From positions 8,797 to 72,796 of the forward strand of contig JAHLWX010000001.1 of NCBI GenBank assembly GCA_019057675.1: a stretch of DNA of 64,000 nt, given 5' to 3'. Positions 8,699 through 18,005 of the stretch are shown here, piece after piece. Positions within the stretch are counted from its first letter, which is position 1; the number at the start of each line of letters is the position of its first letter. A model generated the notes under the pieces. That model had not been told where the DNA came from. It saw only the letters and a program-made list of their open reading frames with translations, and did not search any database. Origin of the DNA: Candidatus Jordarchaeum sp. LHC_1308 (GTDB lineage: Archaea; Asgardarchaeota; Jordiarchaeia; Jordiarchaeales; Freyrarchaeaceae). Made by a program: the position numbers and the translations under genes.

Positions 8699-10659
8699 GG
8701 CTCGTCCCGCCGTCTAGTGTGCTTCAATTTTACTGCCACACCGCGTCTGAGTTTAACCATTTCCTCTCCGTTTAGGACGGCCTCACCTATTCCTATTAAC
8801 TGTTTGGAGGAGTCTAGGATGAAGACGACGTCGCCAGGTCTTATTTGGGGGTCGGCGTCCTCTATTCCCGGCACCATTAGGGAGGATCCATTAATTGAGT
8901 CGCCTTTGAAAATTACCCAGTGACTGAGGCGCGCTATTCGGTCACCTCCCTCTAGCGACGGCACCACGAAACCAGTTAGAGGAGATATTTGAGCGAGCAA
9001 TACTTCTCCGTCGTAAAGGAGTTTTTCCTTCCTCGCTTTGACTTTTACCGTAGTGGAATCAGGAGCTAATTTTTCTCCTGCCCCGGGGCCGAACTGGTAG
9101 TCGGCTGTCTTCCTGAAAGCTTCCTTTAAGCGATCTATTTCCTGGCACTTTTGATGTGAGATGCGGGACAAAGTAGATCGTAAAGAGGACAAGGATGAGG
9201 GGCTTGTAAGGCTTCCTTCCACTTCAGTGTAAATTATTTCTCTTCCCGATATTTCGCTTGCTTTTCTGCATGCTTGAAGGTATCCTCCGTCGAGATGCGC
9301 TATTATGGGGCAGTTTCTTGGAAACTTATCTAGGTATTTTGCGATGCACTCGGCGGCAATCCTTACTTCTTCCTGATCCCAGTCTCCTGTGACGGGAACG
9401 TCGTAATGTGCTGCGGGATATACTTCTTCAAGCTCTCGGGGAACCAAGCCGAGGGGGGAGGATATTATTCCTTCGCATAACCCTTTTACTCCTGCTTCGA
9501 TGATGGTTTTTCTGAAGAGTTTATGTGAAGGGGAACTTGAATATGGTTTTTTAGCTGAACATGGTAATAGGAGGACGGCTGTAACTTCTTTGGGGGGAGT
9601 GTAACGTGTGGCTATCCTAGTTCTAAAGCGTTCAATGGACGGCTTATGGTATGACTCTGGGCCAATGCAGTAGAGCTTAGCTTTGCTTGAAACGGGAGTA
9701 TATTTTTCGAGTAGCGGGTAGGCGTCCCTGTCCAATATTCTGAGGAGGGCTGCTAGCTCCGGTGAATGATGGCATGTCTCTTCTACGCTTTCTCGGAGAC
9801 GTGAATGCCTAATTACGAGGAACGCATTTTTCAGTATGCTTAAAGCCGAGAGCGTGTTGTGATTTAGGAGGAGGCGGAGGCGTTCATCGCTGTTCTGTGA
9901 GGATTCCTTTAAGCGGAGGCATGCTTCGCAGAAGCATGGCAACTCCTTAATAGCGCTGAACTGATACCATGCACCATTGAAAAAATACATGTTTCTTAAT
10001 GTTGCATCGATGATGAAAGATGTGTCAAAGAAGTCTATGCCCAAGTAGACCAAGTGGAGGTAGTGTGAGGGAGGTATTCTTCCCGAGGCGTATAATAAGG
10101 CATCAGGACCAATAAAATGGTCAACCTCGTAGAGGAAAGCAACTAGGTCTCTTGGGTTACGGAAAGCTTCCTCTAATCCTTTTATGACGTAAAATTTAAA
10201 GCCAAGCTTTCTTACTTCTGAAAGAAAATCTCTCCTGAGAGACTTAGAGGGAAGATAGTAGATTGGTATTGCTACCGGCATTTCCCTTACAGCGCTCTTA
10301 AGGGCTTTAGCGCTTTCAAGTAGTTCACCTAAAAGTAGGGCGGTCATTTCACTTGGACCCCTAATGGGGGGACTCGGCGCGATAAGGACGTCCGCCTCCA
10401 AACCTAGTCCATATTCTATGGCTTCATCCAAATCGAATGCTAATGGGCTCATAAGGGGGACTAGCTTAAATTTTCCTTCAATGCAGGGAAGAATTTCACC
10501 CTCGTGCACCGTGATTATTTGAACCTGAAGAGGAGGAGGAAGTAGGCTGTCAAAGAAGTAGAATATGAGGTTTGGTGTTTCGAAGGTTTTCGAGCCGATT
10601 CTAACGCGGGTAATCCTTCCAGGTCCATCGTGACGGAGAATTTCAAACAACAATATCAC
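8695..10659 (-). CDS. arcS: archaeosine synthase (ArcS): TGT-like N-domain, DUF5591-like core, C-terminal PUA
   Basis: N-terminus 'HDGPGRITRVRIGSKTFETPNLIF' is TGT-like. 'LLLPCSAKKPYSSSPSHKLF' is the DUF5591-type motif. The C-terminus 'PGIEDADPQIRPGDVVFILDSSKQLIGIGEAVLNGEEM' is PUA-like. Confidence 0.8.
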   Translation of the reverse strand: MILLFEILRHDGPGRITRVRIGSKTFETPNLIFYFFDSLLPPPLQVQIITVHEGEILPCIEGKFKLVPLMSPLAFDLDEAIEYGLGLEADVLIAPSPPIRGPSEMTALLLGELLESAKALKSAVREMPVAIPIYYLPSKSLRRDFLSEVRKLGFKFYVIKGLEEAFRNPRDLVAFLYEVDHFIGPDALLYASGRIPPSHYLHLVYLGIDFFDTSFIIDATLRNMYFFNGAWYQFSAIKELPCFCEACLRLKESSQNSDERLRLLLNHNTLSALSILKNAFLVIRHSRLRESVEETCHHSPELAALLRILDRDAYPLLEKYTPVSSKAKLYCIGPESYHKPSIERFRTRIATRYTPPKEVTAVLLLPCSAKKPYSSSPSHKLFRKTIIEAGVKGLCEGIISSPLGLVPRELEEVYPAAHYDVPVTGDWDQEEVRIAAECIAKYLDKFPRNCPIIAHLDGGYLQACRKASEISGREIIYTEVEGSLTSPSSLSSLRSTLSRISHQKCQEIDRLKEAFRKTADYQFGPGAGEKLAPDSTTVKVKARKEKLLYDGEVLLAQISPLTGFVVPSLEGGDRIARLSHWVIFKGDSINGSSLMVPGIEDADPQIRPGDVVFILDSSKQLIGIGEAVLNGEEMVKLRRGVAVKLKHTRRRDEP

Positions 10660-10670
10660 CTATTCAGGGT

Positions 10671-11291
10671 TTAGTCGGCTACTTGCAACCATTTTTTAAG
10701 CGAGTTTCCTACTGCGAGACTGGAAAACTCGTCTAAGACTGGAAGTAAGTGGACGTTTTGAGGCAGGGAACACGTGTCTATTGCCTGAACGAAGTTTTGA
10801 ATGAGACCATAGTACTTGGTTCGTCTTATGGATTCCCACATTTTCTTGTCAATGGAACTTCTGGCCTGCCTAACCGTTTCTTTGAGGAAGGGATGCCCCC
10901 CAAGTTTTAGGGCAGTGAATGCCGCCATTAAGAGAGCGATGGATGACGGAGTTTTTCCCGCTTTGCTGTATGTGGAGGCGGCGGCTTTATAACTCTTGAG
11001 GAAGCATTCCAGTGCGTCCTCAAGACGGCCTTCAGCAAAGAGACAGTCGCCCGCTTCTATGTATAACGCAGCGGCACGAACCGGCATGCCTTCAAGCTCA
11101 AAAAATGAGGCACACAGCATAAGCAATGAAGGACACTGCGTGTGAACACCCGATTGATGCATCAACGAGACAGCACTCAGTATGGTTCCTACAGCGCTTA
11201 TAGCTTGGGGGTAAAGTTCTATGATGTTCGAGTTATCTCCTTCCTTGAGGAGACGCACATATTGTTCTAGTATTCGCGTTGCCACCTCCAA
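10671..11291 (-). CDS. hypothetical all-helical (TPR-like) protein
   Basis: 206-aa ORF with coding-like composition and TPR-like segments ('AAALYIEAGDCLFAEGRLEDALECFLKSYKAA'). No family recognised. Confidence 0.5.
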   Translation of the reverse strand: MEVATRILEQYVRLLKEGDNSNIIELYPQAISAVGTILSAVSLMHQSGVHTQCPSLLMLCASFFELEGMPVRAAALYIEAGDCLFAEGRLEDALECFLKSYKAAASTYSKAGKTPSSIALLMAAFTALKLGGHPFLKETVRQARSSIDKKMWESIRRTKYYGLIQNFVQAIDTCSLPQNVHLLPVLDEFSSLAVGNSLKKWLQVAD

Positions 11292-11396
11292 AGCACCACA
11301 CTCCGCTAAAAGGGAAGACTCAATTTTTTCCTCTAATTTCTAGACCAGATAGCTACATTTATAGTTAGTGTGTTAATTGATTTTAAGGGTGAGGCG

Positions 11397-12419
11397 ATGA
11401 AAGTGGCTTCTGGTTGCGACGTGTTCGTAACTCGTTCGAAGGCCGTCGTGTTGGGTAGGAGGGTCGTGTGCGATGGACATGAGGACGGCTATAAATTGAG
11501 GATTGTCACTCATGCTCACTCCGATCACCTCTACGGTTTAAGGGAAAGCGTCAGAAAGTGCGACCTAGTTGTTTCGACAAGGGAAACGAAGGATCTCTTG
11601 ATGGCGCTTGGAAAGAGTGAGGCGCGTTGCCTTGTGGCAGTTAATGGAGGAGACACTTTGAGCTACGGGGAGGAAAAGGTGAAGTTAATTCCGGTAGAAC
11701 ACATTCTGGGAACCGCGCAGGTTCTTGTTGAGAGAGAGGACGGCGCGCGTTGTCTTTACAGTAGCGATTTTAGATTTCGAAGCGCGCCGATAATTAAATG
11801 CGACGTCTTAGTTCTTGACTCAACTTATGGTGCACCCGGCAACGTGCGTCCCAAAATAGAAGAGGTTTATGATGCGTTTTACGCGATAGTTGAAGACGCC
11901 TTAGGTAAAGGGGAACCTGTGCATGTGTTCGGCTTTATTGGAAAAGTCCAAGAGGCAATGGAGCTCCTAAGAAAAAGAAGCGTGGACGATCCATTCGTCG
12001 TCTCGCCTAGAATGTATAGGATATCGAAAATTTATGAAAAATACGGTTTTCATCTGGGAGAATACTACTCGTCAGAAGGACTTGTCGGAAGAAAGGTGCT
12101 AGAGAATGACCTTCACGTAGCTTTCTTCTCGCCTAATGAAAAACACCGCTCAAACATGAACTGCGTGCAAATAGAATTAACAGGATGGCTCTTCAACGTC
12201 CCGTACACCAAGATAGGAGAAAAAAGCTATGTGGTCTCGTTCAGCGGCCACTCTGATTTCAATCAGCTAATAGAATACGTTGATAAATGCAGGCCAAGTT
12301 ACGTTGTAACAGACAATGCTCGTGGAGGTCAAGCTGTAAAGCTGGCTGAGGAAATAGAAAAAAGGCTTGGAATACCAGCCAGCCCGTCTCCTTTAGATAA
12401 TCACACGTTGAGATTATAG
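11397..12419 (+). CDS. metallo-beta-lactamase / beta-CASP-like nuclease
   Basis: 'IVTHAHSDHLYGL' (HxHxDH) and the late 'FSGHSDFNQLIEYV' motif. ATG 11397 is preceded by GGGTGAGG. The ORF opens at GTG 11370. Confidence 0.65.
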   Translation: MKVASGCDVFVTRSKAVVLGRRVVCDGHEDGYKLRIVTHAHSDHLYGLRESVRKCDLVVSTRETKDLLMALGKSEARCLVAVNGGDTLSYGEEKVKLIPVEHILGTAQVLVEREDGARCLYSSDFRFRSAPIIKCDVLVLDSTYGAPGNVRPKIEEVYDAFYAIVEDALGKGEPVHVFGFIGKVQEAMELLRKRSVDDPFVVSPRMYRISKIYEKYGFHLGEYYSSEGLVGRKVLENDLHVAFFSPNEKHRSNMNCVQIELTGWLFNVPYTKIGEKSYVVSFSGHSDFNQLIEYVDKCRPSYVVTDNARGGQAVKLAEEIEKRLGIPASPSPLDNHTLRL

Positions 12420-14785
12420 CGTCTACGGTCTAGGAACTCTTGCTTCTTGGGGTCATTCCACGTAGCTTTGATTCCCTGAAGGTATCCTGTGATGCGAGAG
12501 TATATCTCGGCTCTTCGGCTACCGCATTTCGGACATTTGAACTCGACTAATTCTTTAGGCGAGTCGAAGTGGTTATTCCTCCAATCGAAGGTTCCTTGTG
12601 CATGGCAGTCGGGGCAGACCCATATGTCCAGTGTGAAGTCAAAGTACGCGGTTAACGTGTTCCGGGCAACTTTAACGATGAACTTCCACAGGGCGTAGGG
12701 ATCAGGCTGCACGTCGCTGAGGAATATGTGCTGGAGGAAGCCTCCCCCAAGCAGAGGAGCAAACATTGCCTCTTTCTTTATTCTTTCGGCTAGAGGGATG
12801 TCTGCATCCACCGGCTGGTGAACTGAGTTGGTCAGGTAAACGTTTGGGTATTTACCTCGGAGGTATGGTCTCACTTCTGGGTACCGCTCGTAGAGTATCC
12901 TTGCAAGCTTTCCAGCAGCCGACTCAGCCGGCGTCCGTGTGACCTCAAATATGAGGCCTGTCTCCTCTGACCACTCCCTTGCAAGACCATTCATGAACTT
13001 CAAAACTTTGACTGCAAACTTTAGTCCTTCCTCATGCCAAAGTGGGTACCCTGTCACGATCTCTACCATCTCGGCGAACCCTATTGTTCCTATGAGCAGC
13101 TCTCTTTCCTCAGGAACTATCATGTCTTTCCCACTAGGCCTCTTGACGTTGTATAAGGGAGCTAGACCGAGACGCTTAATGCGCTTGACAACCTCATACC
13201 TGTGAAGCAAGCTTGGAACAGTCACTTCGTTTATTATCCTTCCAAAGTCATCGAAGAAAGCGTCCTCGTCCCGACCCATAGTTCTGGCGGCTGAGGCAAC
13301 AGGATTAGGAGTATCCATCTGCATGGCGCCGTAGACGGCGTTTCCAGAGATGTATTCTTCAACTTGCTCCGGGGTTTTAGCACCCCAAGTGTGGGAGCAA
13401 CAGGAGACACAGCCGCCAATTACAGTTTTCCGCCAGTTTAGATAATTGACGAAGTAGGGTAACCCATACTTCGCCGTTAGCCTAGCGGCCCAAACGTATG
13501 CCTCCTCAAATTCGGGCTTCATCCACTCTTCTCTAAGTTCAATGTTGAGCTTTGGATAGTTGAACAGCTTCCCGTACCTGTCACCATAATACATGACCTT
13601 CATGAACTCTATGAAGTAAGTCTTAACCTCGTCGATGAAGTCGCCGTAAACATACTTTTCACTTATTTTGCCTCCAGGAAGTATCACGGGTTCATTCATG
13701 AACTCTTTCTTTATCCCTGGACCAATGTCTATTGAGGTAAACGGCACCTGTCCGCCTCTTGCAACGTACTGCTGTGTGGCAATATACGGGGTATGTTGGC
13801 ATGCCTGCTCAACCTCACGTTGTGAGACACGTTTCAGAACATATGCAACGATGGATTGAATTATTTCTCTCGGAACCTGAGTGAACCTTTGATAAAGCTC
13901 GTCGGTTAATCCCAATAAAGGCTGGTTCATCTCGGCAACTAATTGTGCGGCACTTTTCAGCGCCTCTTCCTGCTTGAGCCCTCTAAGGTACCAAGCTATG
14001 CTCTCCATCCAATTATGGAAGCCTTGTCCTCCCGACATGTTGCTCTGCCAAGATGCTAGCCAAATTGCAGCATGATTAACAAAGACTGCCAAGTGCTTTG
14101 GTGGGCCAGCGCTCGACGAATGCATTCCTCCTAAGCCGTCGGGCTCCAACCCCATGATGACGAAAAGACGCGGATCCCAAGAAGCACAGTAATCCCTTAT
14201 GCTCGTGTATTCCCTATCTTTATGGTAATTGTCACCGTTCAAGTGAGCATCAGCTATGTTGGTGTCGAAGGACAGCGTTTTCCCTGTGGGAACATTTACC
14301 TCCAAGTGTCCGGGCAGAGTTAAGTAAGTGTGTTCAGTCATCACACGGTCATAGATCACCTTGGCGATGGTCTCCGGGTTTATCTGGAGGTTGGCGTTCC
14401 AAGTATGCTGCAGAGGATTAATGATCATTTCGTTAAGGTCGTAGATTGGTATACCTATCCTAGTGTATCTCTTCCTAGCTTCCACCAAACCCATTTCAGC
14501 CAGCACTGAACAGCACATTTCACGTATCATGGGGCCTGACAACCACTGCACGTTAGACGAGAGTATACGTTTGACAACGCTCTTGGCAACCTCAGATGCT
14601 ACATCTCTACTGACGCCAGCTTCCTTAACAAGGCTATCAATAATCTTGTTGACATTGAAAGGTTCTATCATTCCTCTATTTGTCCTTACAGTAGGCATCA
14701 ACGAGTACCAAAATGATTCATCTTTTTCTTCACGAGATGATTCTTCTTCCGCACGACCAAAAACTGGTTTCACCAATCGAATCAC
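12401..14785 (-). CDS. nrdD: anaerobic ribonucleoside-triphosphate reductase (class III)
   Basis: N-terminal ATP-cone ('FNVNKIIDSLVKEAGVSRDVASEVAKSVVKRI'). C-terminal Zn ribbon ('CPDCHAQG...CPKCGS') followed by the glycyl-radical motif 'SRITGYLQ'. Confidence 0.88.
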   Translation of the reverse strand: MIRLVKPVFGRAEEESSREEKDESFWYSLMPTVRTNRGMIEPFNVNKIIDSLVKEAGVSRDVASEVAKSVVKRILSSNVQWLSGPMIREMCCSVLAEMGLVEARKRYTRIGIPIYDLNEMIINPLQHTWNANLQINPETIAKVIYDRVMTEHTYLTLPGHLEVNVPTGKTLSFDTNIADAHLNGDNYHKDREYTSIRDYCASWDPRLFVIMGLEPDGLGGMHSSSAGPPKHLAVFVNHAAIWLASWQSNMSGGQGFHNWMESIAWYLRGLKQEEALKSAAQLVAEMNQPLLGLTDELYQRFTQVPREIIQSIVAYVLKRVSQREVEQACQHTPYIATQQYVARGGQVPFTSIDIGPGIKKEFMNEPVILPGGKISEKYVYGDFIDEVKTYFIEFMKVMYYGDRYGKLFNYPKLNIELREEWMKPEFEEAYVWAARLTAKYGLPYFVNYLNWRKTVIGGCVSCCSHTWGAKTPEQVEEYISGNAVYGAMQMDTPNPVASAARTMGRDEDAFFDDFGRIINEVTVPSLLHRYEVVKRIKRLGLAPLYNVKRPSGKDMIVPEERELLIGTIGFAEMVEIVTGYPLWHEEGLKFAVKVLKFMNGLAREWSEETGLIFEVTRTPAESAAGKLARILYERYPEVRPYLRGKYPNVYLTNSVHQPVDADIPLAERIKKEAMFAPLLGGGFLQHIFLSDVQPDPYALWKFIVKVARNTLTAYFDFTLDIWVCPDCHAQGTFDWRNNHFDSPKELVEFKCPKCGSRRAEIYSRITGYLQGIKATWNDPKKQEFLDRRRYNLNV

Positions 14786-15123
14786 CCTTTTATCAGCATG
14801 TTTCTCAACTCTTCGTAGGATACAGGGTCACCTAAAACCAAAAGTTGCATACCATCTTCCCCAACAGCAACTATGGCTGGCGTACTAGCAATGTATATCT
14901 GGTTCTGGAGTAGCTCGAATTCAAGCTCCTCTGGAAGCTTCGTGACATCAAACACTTCTAGCGGGATGTGAAATTCCTCACTAACTTTCTCAGCCGCCTT
15001 CTTGGCTACGGGACAGTTAGGACAATTCTCCTGCGTGAATACCAAAAGTTTACTCACCTTCACAACTCGAGCCTCCCCAAAAAAGGACACCGGATAAAAG
15101 TCTAAGTCGTTATGCTTCATCAT
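14782..15123 (-). CDS. thioredoxin/glutaredoxin-fold redoxin (CPNC active site)
   Basis: 'LLVFTQENCPNCPVAKK'. The stop overlaps the nrdD GTG start (GTGA). Confidence 0.7.
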   Translation of the reverse strand: MMKHNDLDFYPVSFFGEARVVKVSKLLVFTQENCPNCPVAKKAAEKVSEEFHIPLEVFDVTKLPEELEFELLQNQIYIASTPAIVAVGEDGMQLLVLGDPVSYEELRNMLIKG

Positions 15124-15331
15124 TCAGTTAAGAAATAACGAGAAAAAGCGAATTTAAAAGTTTCCTTAATCCTTGAAACAATGGATCATTTAAAACGTGT
15201 AGTTGTCGCTCTCCAAAAAGCATCGATAACTCTATATTATATAGACTCAGAATATGAACGATTCCTTAGCTTAAAATACGAGTAAAAAGTATGCTGAATT
15301 CCCTTGAACTATAAAGAATGACGGCGGGAAA

Positions 15332-15925
15332 TTACGGTTCTTCTCTTCCTTTAAAGTACTTCGCCACCACGTAAATTTCAGCGCTTTGTTTTCTCGATGC
15401 AGACGGCTTGGTCGTGTAGACCTTTTTGAAGTAGAGACGAACCTCGTTAAGCAGGGATTCGTATTCAGCGCCCTGAAAAACTTTTAGAACTAGGTTGCCG
15501 TCCTTTCTTAGAAGCTTTTTAGCGATGCTTAGGCTTTCCCTAGCAAGTTGGAGTTGGCGTTCATGGTCTAAGCTCCATATTCCGCTAACTTTAGGCGAGC
15601 AGTCACTTAGCACCAAATCTACTTTATCCGTCACTTCTAAAATCTCATTTAGGATTTTTTCGTTCCGAATGTCGCCCTTTATGAATATGACTCCGTTTAT
15701 GCTTTCTATTTCTGACAGGTCAACGCCGATTATCACTCCATCATTGCCCAAATATTCCTTTGCTACTTGGAGCCAGCCTCCGGGAGAACAGCAAAGATCT
15801 AAAACAGCCTTCACACCCTTGAAAATACCGAATCTAGCAGCGATTTCCTTTAGTTTGTAAGCGGCCCTAGAACGGTAGCCTTCCTTGCGGGCTTTGAAGT
15901 AGTAGTAGTCCTTTTTCCTGCTCAA
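15332..15925 (-). CDS. rlmE: 23S rRNA 2'-O-ribose methyltransferase (FtsJ/RlmE family)
   Basis: 'YRSRAAYKLKEI', 'VLDLCCSPGGWLQV', 'VLSDCSPKVSG' and 'LVLKVFQG'. Confidence 0.88.
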   Translation of the reverse strand: MSRKKDYYYFKARKEGYRSRAAYKLKEIAARFGIFKGVKAVLDLCCSPGGWLQVAKEYLGNDGVIIGVDLSEIESINGVIFIKGDIRNEKILNEILEVTDKVDLVLSDCSPKVSGIWSLDHERQLQLARESLSIAKKLLRKDGNLVLKVFQGAEYESLLNEVRLYFKKVYTTKPSASRKQSAEIYVVAKYFKGREEP

Positions 15926-16036
15926 ACTTCTTGACCCTCCATGTCGAAGGATTTCCAGTCGTCTTTTCCTGTTTTGGGAAAAGTTTTAATTAAAGAATTT
16001 ATCCTTTTGGGGTAAGATAATGGTGGGCCCTGCTTG

Positions 16037-16882
16037 ATGGAAGATGGAGAATTTTATAGAGCCAAGATCTCGGAGCTTGAAAGGAAACGTCTTGACTTGC
16101 AGGAGGAGCTTGGAAGGCTCAGAAAGCATGCCGAAAAACATAGGGAGATCAGAAATAAGAAGAATAACGAAGTAAAGTCCATAATTCAGACACTAAAGGA
16201 AGTTAGAGAGAAGAGAAGGGTGAAACTTGAGGAGATGGGCAGGCTTAAAGAAGAATTAAGAGAAGTCAAGGACAGGCTTAGAAAAGTTGTGGAGGAAAAG
16301 AGGGAGATAAGCTGGAGAGAGCATCCTAACGAGGAGGATATTAAACGTAGGATTGATAGTTTAGAGTGGAAAATCCAAGTTGTTCCTCTTTCTCTTGAAG
16401 AGGAGAAGAAAATTGTGGCCGAGATAGCTAAGCTTGAGAAAGAAGCCCTAGAAGCGGAGGAGCAAAGGAAAACATATGAAAGGCTATGTCAACAAATTGG
16501 AGAACTCAAAGCAAGAAAGGAGAAAATCCTTACGAGTATGAACTCATTAAAAGAGGAAGTTGCGGAGCTCAATAAGCAAATTAAATTTTTGGAGGAAAAG
16601 TTTAATGAATTAAGAGGGGAGGCCGACCAAGCACATAAAAACTATCTAGAGTTGTTCGAGAAAATAATTAAAGGGGAGAATGAGTTAGAGAAGCTGGTTG
16701 AGGAGGAAGGAATCTACAGGAGGATGTACATTAAAGCGATTGAGAAGAAGAAAGAGAAGGAAGAGAACGAGAGAAGACGTGCTTTGAAGGAGAAAGCAGC
16801 TGCTATCAGGGAGAAACTTAGGAGAGGAGAGAAGGTCAATATACATGAATTAAGGGTCGTTTTTCTTGAAGAGGAAGACTAG
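16037..16882 (+). CDS. archaeal coiled-coil protein (COG1340-like)
   Basis: About 280 aa of uninterrupted E/K/R/L heptad-like sequence. Confidence 0.6.
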   Translation: MEDGEFYRAKISELERKRLDLQEELGRLRKHAEKHREIRNKKNNEVKSIIQTLKEVREKRRVKLEEMGRLKEELREVKDRLRKVVEEKREISWREHPNEEDIKRRIDSLEWKIQVVPLSLEEEKKIVAEIAKLEKEALEAEEQRKTYERLCQQIGELKARKEKILTSMNSLKEEVAELNKQIKFLEEKFNELRGEADQAHKNYLELFEKIIKGENELEKLVEEEGIYRRMYIKAIEKKKEKEENERRRALKEKAAAIREKLRRGEKVNIHELRVVFLEEED

Positions 16883-17344
16883 TTATTCCTCAAAGGTTGC
16901 TGTTGCTCCTTCAGCTTCTTCAACGGAAACCCTGAGATGAATGCTAGTTGGTAGAAACTTTTTTAGTTGGTGGTGAATGTACTCTGCTATTTTCTCTGCT
17001 GTTGTAGCTTCTACAGGTAGGAAGGCGACGTCGTTTCTCGGAAGAACATACCTTCGATCACCAAGCATAATGTAGACTTCACCTTCACCTTCCTTCAGCG
17101 TTAATCCCTGGGCCTTAGTTGGCACTAATACACGGTGATCCAATGATTCACAGACAGATTTCACCGCATAGCGTAGGGTGAAGAAATCAATCACCATCTG
17201 ATCCGCATTTAATATGGTTGATGACGCTTCCACCCGTACCTTATAGTTATGGCCGTGGAGGCGGGCACATTTTTCATGCGAAAGCAAGAAGTGAGCTGCT
17301 GAAAAAACAAGGTCTGCTCTTTCAACAGTAACTCTATACGGCAA
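16883..17344 (-). CDS. queD: 6-carboxy-5,6,7,8-tetrahydropterin synthase (PTPS-I/QueD family)
   Basis: 'FSAAHFLLSHEKCARLHGHNYKVRV' with the Cys and His-x-His zinc/catalytic motif. Confidence 0.85.
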   Translation of the reverse strand: MPYRVTVERADLVFSAAHFLLSHEKCARLHGHNYKVRVEASSTILNADQMVIDFFTLRYAVKSVCESLDHRVLVPTKAQGLTLKEGEGEVYIMLGDRRYVLPRNDVAFLPVEATTAEKIAEYIHHQLKKFLPTSIHLRVSVEEAEGATATFEE

Positions 17345-17357
17345 AATTCACTCCTCC

Positions 17358-17984
17358 CTAGAATGTTCTAGACTTTGCAACATCTTTATCGATATCTAGA
17401 ACTTCATGCCGGTATCTCACAGCAAGAGAGATAGCAAAGGCTTCAACATTTTCTCTTTTAAAGCCTAGGTCTAAGAGGGAAGCTACGCTAATATCTGGTG
17501 GAACACCCTTAGAAGATATGTTGAAAGCGAAGTGCATTTTGCCAGATGCCGAGGACACTGTTGCAACGCCCACATTAAGCTTGCCATCGTTAAAGTAGAA
17601 GTCAGTACCTTTACGCATTAACTTTACGTTGCAGGTCTCTTCGACAAGTTCTTTGAAGAGAAACGCAAGAATCCTTAGGCGGTGATACATGAGGCGTAAT
17701 GAGGGGGGCTGCTGGTCGAAGTGCTCAATGACGATGCTTACTGCTTCGTCTGCGCATATAACTGGGCGTCCTTTTTCTCCTTCAACTACAAAGTCCTTTA
17801 TGTCCACAAGCTCAGAGGCTTCAACTTTAAGTGGTCCATTGAAAACTATCACCGAGTCGCCTTGTACGCCGAATTTTCTAAGAGCCCAAAGAGGTTTGAT
17901 CTCTTCTCCCGTGTAGGTCATTTTATACTTAAATGGGAGCAACGCCACTATTAACGGCTCTTTTTCCAGTACCTTTAACTCCAA
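17358..17984 (-). CDS. conserved hypothetical, DUF366-like
   Basis: 'RKGTDFYFNDGKLNVGVATVSSASGKMHFAFNISSKG' matches my recollection of the DUF366/COG2029 signature. Lies between queD and queE. Confidence 0.5.
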   Translation of the reverse strand: MELKVLEKEPLIVALLPFKYKMTYTGEEIKPLWALRKFGVQGDSVIVFNGPLKVEASELVDIKDFVVEGEKGRPVICADEAVSIVIEHFDQQPPSLRLMYHRLRILAFLFKELVEETCNVKLMRKGTDFYFNDGKLNVGVATVSSASGKMHFAFNISSKGVPPDISVASLLDLGFKRENVEAFAISLAVRYRHEVLDIDKDVAKSRTF

Positions 17985-18005
17985 CGTTAAAGCCTCCTGG
18001 AGTCT

